This document shows, piece by piece, positions 62,701-64,000 of a DNA stretch of 64,000 bases. Position 1 is the stretch's first letter. Every line of letters starts with the position of its first letter. The stretch is from Octopus sinensis. Lineage: Eukaryota. The stretch spans positions 160,766,001 to 160,830,000 of the forward strand of contig NC_043000.1 in the NCBI RefSeq assembly GCF_006345805.1. Reading direction: 5' to 3'. A program made the position numbers and the translations under genes. The notes under the pieces were generated by a model that was not told the origin of the DNA, ran no database searches, and was given only the letters and a program-made list of their open reading frames with translations.

Positions 62701-63271
62701 AACGAGTAAAGAGAGAGTAATGATAATAATAACAATAATACTAATACTATTATACGAAGAAAATAAGCGAAGAAAAGAAGAGGAAGGAGTTAAGAAGATT
62801 TCGTGAGGCAGAGGAGGGTGCGAGTAGTGGTAGTGGTGGTAGAATTGCTGCTGGTGGTGGTAGTGGTGGTGGTTACAACTATGATGATGATGATGATTTT
62901 GACGCGGGTGGTAGTGACATAAAGGGGGGAATTTAAAGATGAAACAGAGAAAGAAAGAATCAAGCTACGAAGGAAATAAACTTTTGAATGGCTTCAGTCC
63001 TTGGATCTTTGAAGAGATTAAGAATTACGACGAAATTCTGTTATCAAATAAAGTTTCTGTTGAAAATCTTAGTTTCTTTACTTTCTGTAAAGGCATGGAT
63101 TAAATGCAGCGAGCTATTGAGATTACGGGAGAGAAAAAAGTTTGAATTCAAAATCAAAAGATGAATAAATTGATTATCAAACATGTTTTGCATGTGTCTA
63201 TAAATATATACGTATGTTCGATAACGTATACGTCTACGCGCGCAAACACATCTTTATATGTGTGTGTATAC

Positions 63272-63307
<36 letters not shown>

Positions 63308-64000
63308 ATGTATATACATATAAATATATATATGTGTTTGTACATAAACGTATATGTGCGGGTGCATGTATATATATATGTGTGTGTGTGTGTGTCTGTG
63401 TATGTGTATGAATGTGCATTTGTATGTGTATTTGTGTATTTGTATATAAGCATACGTATGTGAGTGTGTGTGTTGTGTGTGGTGTGTGTGTGTGCAGGCG
63501 CGCATTTGTGCATATGCTTCTGAGTGCGAAGATGTGTGTGCATGTGTGTGTGTGTGTGTGTGTGTATGTGTGTGTGTGTGTGTGTGTGTTTTGCTATTTG
63601 GGTTTTATAACTACGTGTTTGTTTAAAAGAAAAGATTAACGGGTATATTGAAATCAGCCATGAGAGCAGAAACGAAAGAGGAAACTGCAAAACAAGATGT
63701 AGTGCAACAGCGGCATCAGCAGTTGCAGCAACTACCACATAAATCTACTTCAGTATTAGAATATACACATGACAAAAAATGCTTTTGTAAAAAATGCAGC
63801 CACAAAAATTCCAGCAGCAACTTCAGTAGTAACTACAGCAACCTCGACTCGTCGGCATTGTCTCAAATTCCGCACACATGTCAGTGTGACTATACTCATA
63901 CGATATGTAGTAACCAACGAGAGATTTACGTTTAGATGTATTTTTAGCCAGTCGATCGACTTGCTAGACATAGGAGCGAAATATCTTCTAAATTGTCTCA

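Overview
AT-rich, microsatellite-dense eukaryotic genomic DNA. The repeat families and microsatellite density resemble octopus/coleoid cephalopod DNA (inference from recall, not a search). I find no confidently supportable host gene, rRNA, tRNA or CRISPR; most ORFs in the supplied track are microsatellite read-throughs. The window is a transposon landscape: (i) a near full-length Tx1/L1-clade LINE (39447-45867, minus; ORF1 with CCHC knuckle, ORF2 APE-RT-CCHC) lying inside a (GATA)n tract and interrupted by a SINE with a 13-bp TSD; (ii) six R4/Dong-like REL-endonuclease LINE copies, with all four visible 3' ends abutting (TAA)n, including a same-strand cluster at 15-22.6 kb where one element appears circularly permuted; (iii) Penelope-like elements (RT + GIY-YIG at 53.1-54.9 kb plus remnants) with minimal hammerhead-ribozyme-like motifs; (iv) DNA transposons: full-length decayed mariner with TIRs and TA TSD, a second mariner, Tc1, FLYWCH-MULE, hAT MITE, Helitron pieces; (v) three Pol III SINE families. 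Least explained structures: a 610-bp element with 119-bp direct terminal repeats in (TA)n inside a 1.2-kb tandem duplication, and an inverted ~600-bp SINE-plus-3'-flank duplication 27 kb apart that looks like 3' transduction. All alignments were made by eye and need computational confirmation.
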